The notes below the pieces were generated by a model. It did not search any database. It saw only the letters and a program-made list of their open reading frames with translations, and was not told the DNA's origin. Of a stretch of 64,000 bases of DNA, positions 9,861-20,060 are shown piece after piece (the first letter of the stretch is position 1; each line of letters opens with the position of its first letter). Both the position numbers and the translations under genes were made by a program. The DNA is taken from positions 23,651-87,650 of the forward strand of contig CAZSQG010000005.1 in the NCBI GenBank assembly GCA_964608615.1, written 5' to 3'. The DNA comes from an uncultured Marinilabiliaceae bacterium (GTDB lineage Bacteria; Bacteroidota; Bacteroidia; Bacteroidales; Marinilabiliaceae).

Positions 9861-11117
9861 TTACTGCCTATCAATCTTATCGGCCGATATTATTTTATAT
9901 AGTTTATCAGCCCTACGTATCTTCACCTCCACCGGCATTGAAAACACATCTCCTCGTTTTACCTCATTTACCGGTTTTAAATCCACCCTTAACTCCCCAA
10001 CAATCATTTCAACAGCCCCGGTAGTTGGCCCAATAATCAATATTTCATCTCCAACCTTTAAATCCTGAGTCTCCATAAGAAACTCAGCAACACCAATTTT
10101 TGGAAAATAATTAGTGCCTTTCCCGATGTAAACTTTTCTTTTTGCGGCCAAAGAACCATAATTAGCACTCCACTCACCCAACGGTTGACCCAGATAATAA
10201 CCATTCCAAAAACCACGATTAAATACAGATGTTAATCGCTGATCCCAGTCAGCAATCAGTTCTTCATTAAAACGCCCATCCAAAACAGCCTGAATAGCTT
10301 CGCTATAGCATCTCGAAACAGTTTTAACATATTCCGGACCTCTGGCTCTACCTTCAATTTTAAATACACGCACACCTGAATCAATCATCTTATTTAAGAA
10401 ATGAATGGTTTTCAAATCTTTGGGCGACATGATGTATTGATTGTCAACCTCAAGCTCATTACCAGAGTCTTTGTCCGTTACAATATAACCACGTCGGCAA
10501 GGTTGAAGACAAGCCCCTCGATTTGCCGATGAATTAAACTGATGCAAACTCAAATAACACTTGCCTGAAACAGCCATGCAAAGGGCACCATGAGCAAACA
10601 TCTCAATTTGAACAAGTTCTCCTCCCGGTCCCCGCACATCGTCTCGCACAATAGCTTCATGAATGGCCTTTACCTGATCCATATTTAATTCCCGGGCCAA
10701 AACAACAACATCGGCATACTGACTGTAAAATTTCACAGCTTCAATATTTGAAATGTTTACCTGAGTAGATATATGTACTTCAATGTTTTTAGATCGCGCA
10801 TATTGAATGGCTGCCTGATCAGAGGCGATAACTGCGTTGATACCGCTATCAACAACCGCATCAACCATGCGATGCATTTCGGCTATATCTTCATCGTACA
10901 AAGTAATATTCAATGTCAGATAAGATTTTAACCCATTCTCACAACAAATAGACGCAATTTTTTTTAAATCATCAGGTGAAAAATTAGCCGACGATCTGGA
11001 ACGCATATTAAGATTGCCAGCCCCAAAATAAACAGAATTAGCCTCACCCTGAATAGCGGCCATCAATGACTCATACGAACCGGCTGGCGCCATTACTTCA
11101 AAATCTTTCCTGATCAT
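9861..11117 (-). CDS. Peptidase U32 family protein (collagenase-like / RNA-hydroxylation-associated family)
   Basis: The N-terminus is typical of U32 (EVMAPAGS...A.GA..VYFG). The conserved E..HGA.C...SG.C motif appears as EMFAHGALCMAVSGKC, and there is a C-terminal beta-barrel tail. The ORF-track start at 11147 is TTG. The ATG at 11117 is likelier. Confidence 0.85.
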   Translation of the reverse strand: MIRKDFEVMAPAGSYESLMAAIQGEANSVYFGAGNLNMRSRSSANFSPDDLKKIASICCENGLKSYLTLNITLYDEDIAEMHRMVDAVVDSGINAVIASDQAAIQYARSKNIEVHISTQVNISNIEAVKFYSQYADVVVLARELNMDQVKAIHEAIVRDDVRGPGGELVQIEMFAHGALCMAVSGKCYLSLHQFNSSANRGACLQPCRRGYIVTDKDSGNELEVDNQYIMSPKDLKTIHFLNKMIDSGVRVFKIEGRARGPEYVKTVSRCYSEAIQAVLDGRFNEELIADWDQRLTSVFNRGFWNGYYLGQPLGEWSANYGSLAAKRKVYIGKGTNYFPKIGVAEFLMETQDLKVGDEILIIGPTTGAVEMIVGELRVDLKPVNEVKRGDVFSMPVEVKIRRADKLYKIISADKIDRQ

Positions 11118-11163
11118 TATGTTAGCCCTTTTAATATTTAATTGCAAAGTTGTAAAGTTTAAG

Positions 11164-13002
11164 CTATCGCTTTAAGTGATCCAATGAAACCACTTGAAGC
11201 ATGGCTTTTCCGCGCAAACTATCGAGCGGAGAAACCTCACCCGTCATCATTACATATTTTTTTGCAGCATTGTCATACACCTGATAGGAGTCGGGTGTAA
11301 TCAAGCCAAAAGCATCAGGATAGGTAAAAAAAGCATACTCTTCAACATTGCGTGATAATAAATCCTTGCTGAAACCAAACATCTCTGAGTCGAGATCTAA
11401 CTGGTTTAGCAGGGTGGTTACCAAATCCTTCTGACTCCCTAAAGTAGAAACTACCGTATCCTGAACCGCCAAAGCGCCGCCCGTCCAAATCATGGGGATG
11501 TGATAGCGCTCTCTCATTTGCGAAGTGGCCTTTTTTGGTCCGGATGTGCCATGATCAGCAATAAGAATAAACAAGGTGTTAGCCCATAACCCCCTCTTCT
11601 TCACCTCAGCGAAAAAATCGCCCAGACAACGGTCGGTATAATAAACTGAGTTAAGATAAGAATCCTCATTCACCTTCTCCATAGGTACGTCAAAGGGCTC
11701 GTGACTACTAAGCGTAAAGTAATACTTAAAATAGGGTTTTTCACCGGTGTTGCTGGCTGCCATCTCCTCTATCAGGCGCTCAAAAGTATATTGGTCATGC
11801 ACACCCCATTTTTCACCTCGTGCAGAAAGCGGAAAATCATCAATGGTAATCACTTTGTCAAACCCGGATAAAGTAACAAACGAATTCATACCTTTAAAAC
11901 CGATGTCGCCCCCATAAATATAGCTCATATCGCTGTATCCGGCAGCCTTAAGCTTTTGAGGCATAAAGCTGAGCGATTGCGATTTGTGGGGATATTGTAT
12001 AATAGAATAGCTCGGCAGTACCTGATAACCAGCTAAAGTGGCCACCAATCCTTTGTCAGAGCGATCACTGGCAGCATAAATATTTGAAAATAAAATCCCT
12101 TCCCGAGTTAAAGCATCCAAATTTGGAGTAACCTTTTCACCACCGAGGGCACCAACCACCTGTGCCGAAAAACTTTCGAGTAAAATAACCACCACATTTG
12201 GTTGTCCATCCTTTAGCACCTTAATAGTCGAATCGGTCTTGAACGAATACATTTCCCTATATACCTCCAAAGCCTGCTCATCATCCATAAACCGGTAATG
12301 GTGCATGCGGGCATCCATTCGCTTAAAACTATAAAACAAATTCCATAGCGGATTAATGGCCGCATGATTGGCATAATTATGCGCTGAAAAATAAGCCACT
12401 CCGGTATTAATAGGGGCAACTCCAAAGCTTCCACGAATTGGAATAATCATCAGGGCACCTACAAATAACACAAAAAAAGAGGCTATACCGGCAGATAACC
12501 CTGACAGCTTTTTGGAAGGTTGTAATGGTTTCATCCAACGTTGGTTAAACCAAACAGCTCCGCAGGAAAACCCTATCAACAAAACCGTGAAAAGCAAACT
12601 TTCATACCATCTAACAGAGGCAATAATAACCCACGGAGTTTTTAAAAAGCTAAAACCTTCCGCATCAAGCAATCTACCCCAATAAGCATAAAGATTAATA
12701 TTACCCAGAAGCAAAGCCGTAAAAGCAATTATAAAAAACAGCTGAATGCCTTGTAATATTTTATAGGAAAATTGTCGCCCAATAGCCACCATAACCGCCT
12801 GCACAACACTCGGCAACAACAACAAATAGCCGGTCATTGATAAATCAAGTCGAAGGCCCACCAAAAAAGATTTGGCCAATGCTCCCAACGGCACATCAGC
12901 AGCATATCCCCAGTTAAACAGGATAAAAACCAAGCGGTAAAAAGCAAAAAACAACAGCCAAAAAACGGTTGTTTTAAGAAGATATTTGAGAAAATTAACC
13001 AT
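11164..13002 (-). CDS. LTA synthase / sulfatase-like membrane phosphotransferase (alkaline-phosphatase superfamily)
   Basis: Five N-terminal TM helices are followed by an extracytoplasmic sulfatase-type domain (VVVILLESFS...DRSDKG...IADHG). Confidence 0.8.
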   Translation of the reverse strand: MVNFLKYLLKTTVFWLLFFAFYRLVFILFNWGYAADVPLGALAKSFLVGLRLDLSMTGYLLLLPSVVQAVMVAIGRQFSYKILQGIQLFFIIAFTALLLGNINLYAYWGRLLDAEGFSFLKTPWVIIASVRWYESLLFTVLLIGFSCGAVWFNQRWMKPLQPSKKLSGLSAGIASFFVLFVGALMIIPIRGSFGVAPINTGVAYFSAHNYANHAAINPLWNLFYSFKRMDARMHHYRFMDDEQALEVYREMYSFKTDSTIKVLKDGQPNVVVILLESFSAQVVGALGGEKVTPNLDALTREGILFSNIYAASDRSDKGLVATLAGYQVLPSYSIIQYPHKSQSLSFMPQKLKAAGYSDMSYIYGGDIGFKGMNSFVTLSGFDKVITIDDFPLSARGEKWGVHDQYTFERLIEEMAASNTGEKPYFKYYFTLSSHEPFDVPMEKVNEDSYLNSVYYTDRCLGDFFAEVKKRGLWANTLFILIADHGTSGPKKATSQMRERYHIPMIWTGGALAVQDTVVSTLGSQKDLVTTLLNQLDLDSEMFGFSKDLLSRNVEEYAFFTYPDAFGLITPDSYQVYDNAAKKYVMMTGEVSPLDSLRGKAMLQVVSLDHLKR

Positions 13003-13556
13003 AAAAAAGAAATTAAATTGCTAAAAACAGCAATTTTATAAAACTTAACGACAAAAATACTATATATGAGTAACACTAAATAACCTTTGTCGAAAACATT
13101 TTAACTTATGCTTTAATTTAAAAAAACTGTTGGAAGCTGTGAAGACTTTTCCCACAACGCCAGAATAAAAGCATGGAGACGAGCATTCATGATATGCGTC
13201 AAACTTTTTTTGAATTGTCATAGCCCCCAAGAAACCATCCTGTTTTGACAGCAGATACCACTTGAACAACCCCGGCATGGGTAAATTCATTCTTGCAAAG
13301 TACGCATTCTAGTTCGCTCAAATTTCATATCTTTGGTGACATGAACAGTTTGACCAGTCTGATTCATGCTCAGGTATTTATTTTATCGTAATGACTAGCA
13401 AAAAAACATCGGAACGCAAATGAAGAAGTATCTGGAGCGGTTGAAGAAGGGGAATGGATATTTGCAGCATCGTTTGTTGATAGTTATTTTTCTTGTGTTT
13501 TTCTAAGGAGAGTAATCAGACTCAATTTTTGTGGAATTTTAATTTAACTATTACTT

Positions 13557-14432
13557 ATGACTTTTGTATCAATAATTATTCCAACATTCAACAGAAAAGA
13601 GCATTTGATTAAAGCCATTGAGAGCGTTTTTAGGCAAACATATCGTAATTGGGAATTAATTGTAGTAGATGATTGTTCAACAGATGATTCGTTTCCATTT
13701 GTTCAAAAATACTTTGAAGGAAAAAAAATTCGGTTTTTGCAGACCCCAAAAAATGGAGGACAAGGGGCTGCAAGGAATTTTGGAATTGAGCATTCAATGG
13801 CAGAATATATAGCTTTTTTGGATTCTGATGATGAGTGGGAACCTTTAAAGCTTGAAAAACAGGTTCAACTCTTTAACGCAAATGATGAAAATTTAGGATT
13901 GGTTTATTGTGGCGGCACCTTTACAGAAGGAAATTTTAAATCAAATATTCATCCTGATTTAAAAGGATACATTGAGAAGGAACTCTTCTTAAATCTGAAA
14001 GGTTTAGGATCAAGTAATTCAGGAATAATGATTAGACGCATCGTGTTTGAAAAGGTTGGAGGATATGATGTTTCTTTCAAATCACAGATGGATTTAGACT
14101 TTTTTGTGAGAATAGCCCGAAATTATAAGGTTGATTATATTGAAGGAAGCTATTCGATAATCTCAGTTAGCTTGCAAAATAATCGGATTTCTGATAATCC
14201 AGTTTCAGTAATGCAAGGTGAAATACAATTCTTACAAAAACATGAATCCCGTATGCGGGAGCTGGGTGTTTATCATCATGTGGCGCGAAAACTAGCACGG
14301 AAATATGCTATTTATAACAAAAACTTAAAAATGGCATACGCCTGTTTAATAAAAGCTATCCAATACAAACCCTTTTATTTATATGCCTATCTTTACGCTT
14401 TAAAATTGCCATTGTTGTATTTTAAAAAATGA
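13557..14432 (+). CDS. Glycosyltransferase family 2
   Basis: The N-terminus VSIIIPTFNR is present, together with DDCSTDDS and the DxD motif FLDSDDEW. Confidence 0.9.
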   Translation: MTFVSIIIPTFNRKEHLIKAIESVFRQTYRNWELIVVDDCSTDDSFPFVQKYFEGKKIRFLQTPKNGGQGAARNFGIEHSMAEYIAFLDSDDEWEPLKLEKQVQLFNANDENLGLVYCGGTFTEGNFKSNIHPDLKGYIEKELFLNLKGLGSSNSGIMIRRIVFEKVGGYDVSFKSQMDLDFFVRIARNYKVDYIEGSYSIISVSLQNNRISDNPVSVMQGEIQFLQKHESRMRELGVYHHVARKLARKYAIYNKNLKMAYACLIKAIQYKPFYLYAYLYALKLPLLYFKK

Positions 14433-14507
14433 GTATGAAACGGGCATGATCCAAAAAACACAAACAAGAAGGAAAATGGATTGGCGAGTTCCATACCAAC
14501 TTTAAAG

Positions 14508-14644
14508 AACAAATTATTTACGTATGAAACTAACATGTTAGCGGAAATGCACAATCACCAATGAAAATAGCTAACATGTAGTTCTCCCGATAAAACGGGA
14601 CAAGCTATACAACAACTTAAAAACAAATTATTTACCTATGAAAC
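14508..14644 (+). repeat. Direct duplication of the RBS/start-codon region of the 14638 gene
   Basis: aacaaattatttacGtatgaaac at 14508..14530 matches aacaaattatttacCtatgaaac at 14622..14644 at 22 of 23 positions. The second copy contains the real ATG at 14638. ctaacatgt is also repeated, at 14530 and 14571. Confidence 0.6.
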
Positions 14645-15618
14645 GTGCGTTCGTAACAGGTGCTGATGGTTTTATTGGATCCCACTTGGTTGAGATGCTA
14701 ATCGGCCAGGGATATACGGTGAAAGCCCTGTCTCAATATAATTCATTCAACTATTGGGGATGGTTAGATGACATGCCTCGACATCCAAATTTGGAAATCA
14801 TTTCGGGTGACGTGCGTGATCCCCATTTCTGCAAGAAATTCATTCGCGATGTGGATGTGGTATTCCATTTGGCTGCCCTAATTGCCATTCCTTATTCGTA
14901 TGTTGCTCCCGACAGTTATGTGGATACCAATGTGAAGGGAACCCTTAATGTGCTACAAGCAGCTCTGGAAAACGGAAACATTAGGGTGATCCATACCTCC
15001 ACCTCCGAGGTTTATGGAACTGCGCTATACGTTCCTATTGACGAGAAACACCCTAAACAACCTCAATCCCCCTATTCTGCATCAAAAATTGGAGCAGATG
15101 CCATGGCAATGAGTTTTTACAACGCTTTTAATCTTCCCGTTACGGTAGCGCGTCCCTTCAATACTTATGGCCCCCGTCAATCGGCCCGTGCCATCATTCC
15201 AACCATTATTACCCAAATTGCTTCGGGGATTAAAGAAATTAAACTAGGGGATCTATCCCCAACACGTGATTTCAATTATGTGAAAGACACCTGTCGGGGG
15301 TTTATTGCCTTGTCCAATTGCACTGACACCATTGGCCGGGAGATCAATATTGCCACCAACAGCGAGATTTCCATGCAAGATTGCTTGCTTCTTATCAAAG
15401 AGATCATGCAGAGCGATGTGGCCTTTGTAACCGACGAACAACGGCTTCGCCCGGGCAAATCGGAGGTGTTTCGACTTTGGGGCGACAATACCTTGATTCG
15501 TGAATTGGCGGGATTCAAGCCCGCCTATTCGTTGCGGCAAGGATTGACCGAAACCATCGAGTGGTTGCAAAAACCGGAGAATTTGAAAAAGTATAAGGCG
15601 GATATTTATAATGTATAG
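14638..15618 (+). CDS. NAD-dependent sugar-nucleotide epimerase/dehydratase (extended SDR)
   Basis: The GADGFIGSHL Rossmann motif and the catalytic YSASK (YxxxK) are present. Length is 326 aa. Confidence 0.9.
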   Translation: MKRAFVTGADGFIGSHLVEMLIGQGYTVKALSQYNSFNYWGWLDDMPRHPNLEIISGDVRDPHFCKKFIRDVDVVFHLAALIAIPYSYVAPDSYVDTNVKGTLNVLQAALENGNIRVIHTSTSEVYGTALYVPIDEKHPKQPQSPYSASKIGADAMAMSFYNAFNLPVTVARPFNTYGPRQSARAIIPTIITQIASGIKEIKLGDLSPTRDFNYVKDTCRGFIALSNCTDTIGREINIATNSEISMQDCLLLIKEIMQSDVAFVTDEQRLRPGKSEVFRLWGDNTLIRELAGFKPAYSLRQGLTETIEWLQKPENLKKYKADIYNV

Positions 15619-15620
15619 CC

Positions 15621-16766
15621 ATGTGGAAAGTACCCTTGTTTGAATTGAATTATGATTCAGCCGAATCGAAGGCTGTTCAAGAAGTGCTCGACAGCCAGTG
15701 GCTCTCCATGGGCGAAAAAACGTTGGCATTTGAACGGCGTTTTGCTGAAATGTTGAATGATTCGGATGTGCAGTGTACCTTGGTGTCCAATTGTACAGCG
15801 GCTCTTTACATGGCATTGCTGGCTTTGGATTTGAAAAGCGATGATGAAATAATTATCCCATCGATGACCTTTGTGGCCGATTTAAATGCCACCCTTATGG
15901 CAGGTGCAAAACCCGTGCTTGCCGATTGCGATTCACTCGAAAACTGGAATGTTTCGGCTCGAACCATTCGTCCATTGATCACCCCAAAAACTAGGGCTGT
16001 GATGATTGTTCATTTTGCTGGATATCCTTGCGAGATGGATGAAATTGTCGCCTTGTGTCACCAACACAACCTTGCCCTCATCGAGGATGTGGCACATGCA
16101 CCCGGTGCCACCTACAAGGGCAAAGCATGTGGTACCTTTGGCGACATTGGTTGTTTTAGTTTCTTTTCGAACAAAAACCTCTCCACTGGTGAAGGAGGAA
16201 TGATTTCAACGCGGAATGCGACTATGTATGAACGCATTCGTCATATTCGTTCGCATGGCATGTCCACACTGACGTTCGACCGTCACAAAGGTCGAGCCAT
16301 TTCATACGATGTGATGCGTCCCGGATTAAATTTCCGAAGTGACGAGATACATGCAGCTCTTGGATTGGCTCAGTTGGACAAACTGGCAAATGCCAATCAT
16401 CAACGAGCATTATTATCAGCATATTATAGAAAAAAGTTAATTGATATTCCTGAAGTCACAGTTCCATTTGAGGAGATTGGTGATACTTTGCCTGTTTATC
16501 ATGTATTTCCAATCTTGTTACATCAACAACTGGATCGGATAAAAGTGATTACCTCACTCAAGGAAGATGGCATTCAGTCGAGCATTCATTATCCATCATT
16601 TCAAGACTTTACAGGGTTTAAACATCTGTCGTTGAACGCAACTCCCATCGCATCTGAGATATCAGCGAGAGAGTTGACTCTTCCGCTTTTCCCTACTATG
16701 ACAAACGCGCAAATCGACATGGTGGTTGAAGGCTTAAAACAAGCCATAAAACAAGCTGTATTATGA
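15621..16766 (+). CDS. DegT/DnrJ/EryC1/StrS family sugar aminotransferase (PLP-dependent)
   Basis: The family pattern is present, including FSFFSNKNLSTGEGG (PLP-Lys region). The gene lies 2 nt after the SDR gene. Confidence 0.9.
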   Translation: MWKVPLFELNYDSAESKAVQEVLDSQWLSMGEKTLAFERRFAEMLNDSDVQCTLVSNCTAALYMALLALDLKSDDEIIIPSMTFVADLNATLMAGAKPVLADCDSLENWNVSARTIRPLITPKTRAVMIVHFAGYPCEMDEIVALCHQHNLALIEDVAHAPGATYKGKACGTFGDIGCFSFFSNKNLSTGEGGMISTRNATMYERIRHIRSHGMSTLTFDRHKGRAISYDVMRPGLNFRSDEIHAALGLAQLDKLANANHQRALLSAYYRKKLIDIPEVTVPFEEIGDTLPVYHVFPILLHQQLDRIKVITSLKEDGIQSSIHYPSFQDFTGFKHLSLNATPIASEISARELTLPLFPTMTNAQIDMVVEGLKQAIKQAVL

Positions 16767-17827
16767 ATCGTGATATCATCATATCATCGGGGGAAACTTT
16801 GATGACAGGCATCAAGCGAATGGATGATGTCAAACGTAAGCTCTTGATCGTCAATCATAATGATCGTTTTTTTTCGTTGTTGAGCATTGGCGATATTCAG
16901 CGGGCTATTTTAAGGAATATTGAAATTGGTACTGCCACGATTTACGATACCATTAAGAATAAACCCATTGATGTGTGCCATGAAGGCGAATCTATGGAAG
17001 ATATTCGGCAAAAGATGCTGGCCATCAGATGTGAGTTTATGCCTGTGTTGAGCGACAAAGGGGAACTCAAAAAAGTGATTTTTTGGGAAGACTTTTTTTT
17101 ACCCGACCAAATTGAGAAGGGCCAGTCTGCTTCATTAGCCAATATTCCGGTAGTGATTATGGCAGGGGGAAAAGGCGAACGCCTGCAACCCATCACCAAT
17201 ATCTTGCCAAAACCTTTGATTCCCATGGGGAAAAAGCCCATCGTACAGGTCATCATGGAAAAGTTCCGATCGTATGGGGCCAATCAGTTTTTTATGTCGG
17301 TTAATTATCGTGCCGAAATGATTCAGTTTTATTTCGACTCATTGAAGGAAAGGGATTACTCCATTGAGTATTGTCATGAAGAAAAACCATTGGGTACGGC
17401 TGGCAGTTTGGCATTGTTAAAGGGTAAAATCAACGAGACTTTTTTTGTGTCGAATTGCGATATAATCATTAATCACAATTTTCCCGAGATGCTCGAATAT
17501 CATCGCGTCAATGGGAACGACATGACTGCCATTGCTGCCATGAAATTCTATTCCATTCCTTATGGAACCTTTGAAGTTGAAGAGAATGGTCGGTTAATTT
17601 CTATTCAGGAGAAACCCGAATTGTCATATATGATTAACACAGGGATGTATATTTTAGAACCTCATGTGTTGGAAATGATTAACGACAATGAACACATTCA
17701 CATTACCGAATTGATGGAAAAAGTCAATAAGGGAATTGGTAAAGTGGGAGTTTACCCCATCAACTCAAATTCGTGGATTGACATTGGAACCTGGAAGGAA
17801 TATAATAAAGTATCGAATATTTTTTAG
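16763..17827 (+). CDS. CBS-domain sugar-phosphate nucleotidyltransferase
   Basis: An N-terminal CBS pair is followed by the NTP-transferase motif VVIMAGGKGERLQPIT..PKPLIP. It shares a 4-nt ATGA overlap with the aminotransferase gene. Confidence 0.85.
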   Translation: MNRDIIISSGETLMTGIKRMDDVKRKLLIVNHNDRFFSLLSIGDIQRAILRNIEIGTATIYDTIKNKPIDVCHEGESMEDIRQKMLAIRCEFMPVLSDKGELKKVIFWEDFFLPDQIEKGQSASLANIPVVIMAGGKGERLQPITNILPKPLIPMGKKPIVQVIMEKFRSYGANQFFMSVNYRAEMIQFYFDSLKERDYSIEYCHEEKPLGTAGSLALLKGKINETFFVSNCDIIINHNFPEMLEYHRVNGNDMTAIAAMKFYSIPYGTFEVEENGRLISIQEKPELSYMINTGMYILEPHVLEMINDNEHIHITELMEKVNKGIGKVGVYPINSNSWIDIGTWKEYNKVSNIF

Positions 17828-17846
17828 GTTTAAGCTTAAACCCAAT

Positions 17847-18719
17847 ATGAATTATTTTACGAGGCTTCGATTTAAGTTTTTAGCTCAAATTCGACTTTCA
17901 AAAATAGCTTCAAGTGATGAAAATTCCGTTTTTGGAATTGTTTTTTCCAAGGACCGCCCCATTCAATTGCATGCCCTGTTAGAATCATATACCCATTATA
18001 CCGCAAACCCCGCTCAATTGGTGGTGCTTTATAATGTGTCGGACAATAATTACGAGAAGGGTTACGAAGAACTTCAAAAGCTTTGGCCCCAGATTCAATT
18101 TGTTAAAGAAGTTTAATTTAGAAAATCATTGATGGAATTGTTGAATTGCCTTCGCGTCGAAAAAGTATTCTTTTTAGTGGACGATATCATTTTCAACCGC
18201 CATTATGATTTAAAAGGGATTTTGGCCATTGATTGTAAGCGATATATTCCAAGTCTAAGGATGGGAGAAAACATCACATACAGTTATGTGCGAAATAAAC
18301 CCATTCAGCAGCCTGTTTTTGAAGCAGTGTCTGAGTCGATGATTTCTTGGTATTGGTCGAAGAAAAATAGTTACTGGTCGTATCCATTATCGGTGGATGG
18401 TCATTTTTTTATTCTAAAGGAAGTGATTGTTTTACTTGAGTTGATTCAGTTTAAAGCTCCCAATTCGCTGGAAGCCAATTTGCAGTTATTTACTCCAATT
18501 TTCAGGAAAAGAAAAGGTGTTGCGTTTCGAAACAGCGTGATTGTGAATGCGCCATGGAATATGGTGCAAACCGAAATTGAGAACCAAAATGAATCCATTA
18601 GTCCCGAATACTTGCTCAATCAATGGAACAGACATCAACGCATCAATTTTTTAAGTTATGAAAATGAAAATTATGACAGTCCTCATGTTGCATTGCCACT
18701 TTCTTTGATCAGTCGATAA
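17847..18719 (+). pseudogene. Glycosyltransferase-like gene interrupted by a single in-frame TAA (18114..18116)
   Basis: ORFs 17847..18116 (first ATG, MNYFTRL...) and 18129..18719 are in the same frame, since both start coordinates are divisible by 3. Only one stop codon and four sense codons separate them (...QFVKEV*FRKSLMELL...). The joined product would be about 290 aa, with IVFSKDRPIQL near the N-terminus and FFLVDDIIF (DxD-like) just after the stop. Confidence 0.6.
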
Positions 18720-18739
18720 CAATTTTAGGAATTTACCAT

Positions 18740-19828
18740 ATGAAGCAAAAAGTTTGTTTTATCAACTCATCAAAAATTTGGGGAGGTGGCGAAGGCTGGC
18801 AACTTGAAACAATGCTTGATTTTAAAAATAAGGCTGATGTGGTTTCACTCTCATCACCTAAAGGCCCATTGCATAAAAAGGCTGCTGCTGCTGGCATTAC
18901 CACGATACCCATTATTGTCGGAAATTTTTCATTTCTCAATCCAGTTAAAATCATTAAAGCATATCGTTTGTTGAAACAGTTGGCGCCTCATGCCATCATG
19001 TTCAATATACCCAACGATTTTAAACTGTTTACCATGCCGGCCAAATGGGCAGGAATTCCCTATCGATTGTATCGACGCGATAATGGTAAACCCATGAAAA
19101 GTCATTTGCTCAATAAAGTATTGTTACGCAGGGGTATAACTCATTTTTTGCCCTGTTCAAAATATATTCGACGATCAGCCCTTTCCAAAAATCCCAATCT
19201 GTTTCCGGTAGAGAAAATTCAGGTGATATACAACAGCATCAACCTCGAAAATTGGGATGCCACGCCTGCAATGCCATTGACCGGGAAGAGAAATGACGGA
19301 GAGCTTGTTTTTGGATGTATTGGTCGTTTATCCTCTGAAAAGGGACAACTGTTTTTGCCCGAGATAGCACGCATATTAAAAAACAAAGGTCTAAAAGCCA
19401 GAATATTGGTGGCAGGTACCGGACCACTGCGTGACCAAATGGAAGATGCCATTGATCGTTGTAAAGTTGCAGATTATGTTGAGCTGCTTGGTTTTGTTGA
19501 AAGCAGCAAATCCTTTATGGCCACAATCGACTGCCTGTTGATTCCCTCGCACTGGGAAGGTCTGTCAACGGTGGCCATCGAAGCCATGGCAATGAACAAG
19601 CCGGTTATTGCATTCGATGTGGCAGGAAATCCGGAGGTAGTGATTCATCAGGAAACTGGATTCCTGATTCCCCCCTTCGATTTGGAGCGGTTTGCCGATG
19701 CGATGGAAAAATTCATTGCACAACCCGATTTGATCAATCAATTGGGTCAATCGGGGCGTCAATTGGCTCAGAAACAGTTTTCACGAGCCGTGACCAATCG
19801 TGAGTTGGAGGTCTTTTTCACAACTTAG
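18740..19828 (+). CDS. Glycosyltransferase family 4 (GT-B, GT1 clan)
   Basis: The C-terminal EX7E region reads PSHWEGLSTVAIEAMAMNKPVIAFDVAGNPEVV. Confidence 0.9.
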   Translation: MKQKVCFINSSKIWGGGEGWQLETMLDFKNKADVVSLSSPKGPLHKKAAAAGITTIPIIVGNFSFLNPVKIIKAYRLLKQLAPHAIMFNIPNDFKLFTMPAKWAGIPYRLYRRDNGKPMKSHLLNKVLLRRGITHFLPCSKYIRRSALSKNPNLFPVEKIQVIYNSINLENWDATPAMPLTGKRNDGELVFGCIGRLSSEKGQLFLPEIARILKNKGLKARILVAGTGPLRDQMEDAIDRCKVADYVELLGFVESSKSFMATIDCLLIPSHWEGLSTVAIEAMAMNKPVIAFDVAGNPEVVIHQETGFLIPPFDLERFADAMEKFIAQPDLINQLGQSGRQLAQKQFSRAVTNRELEVFFTT

Positions 19829-20060
19829 TCCGATGCCTTAATCAAATCTCCCAGAGACAATTAGATAATGGAATCATCTCTTCAAAAAGATCGTTTTTTC
19901 CATTTGACCACATCAATTGATAAGCCACAACAAGCAAGTGTAGCAAATAGAGTTCGGGTGCAAACGTCCATGAATTCATCCATCCTTTATCTTCGAGTCA
20001 TATTACTATTATTATAGATGACCGTAATAGCTCAGACCTCCAAGAAAGAAAAAGTATTTG

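Noticed and set aside
13060-13506. A 76-aa minus-strand ORF (13060..13290) and a 28-aa plus-strand mini-ORF (13420..13506, MKKYLERLKKGNGYLQHRLLIVIFLVFF) in the 554-bp spacer upstream of the GT2 gene.
   Set aside because: There is no family resemblance and no supporting context. The mini-ORF has a hydrophobic tail, but that occurs easily by chance in AT-rich DNA. Ribosome profiling would be needed to support it.
15253-15816. 187-aa ORF on the minus strand, the longest 'extra' ORF in the track, together with the nested 15276..15518 ORF.
   Set aside because: It lies entirely antisense to two strongly supported genes (SDR and DegT aminotransferase) and has no recognisable motif. Long shadow ORFs are expected in this locally GC-richer segment.
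17736-17846. Upstream extension of the 17736..18116 ORF, which overlaps the end of the nucleotidyltransferase gene by ~90 nt.
   Set aside because: The overlap is implausibly long. An internal ATG at 17847 gives a start 20 nt after the upstream stop, so I used that.
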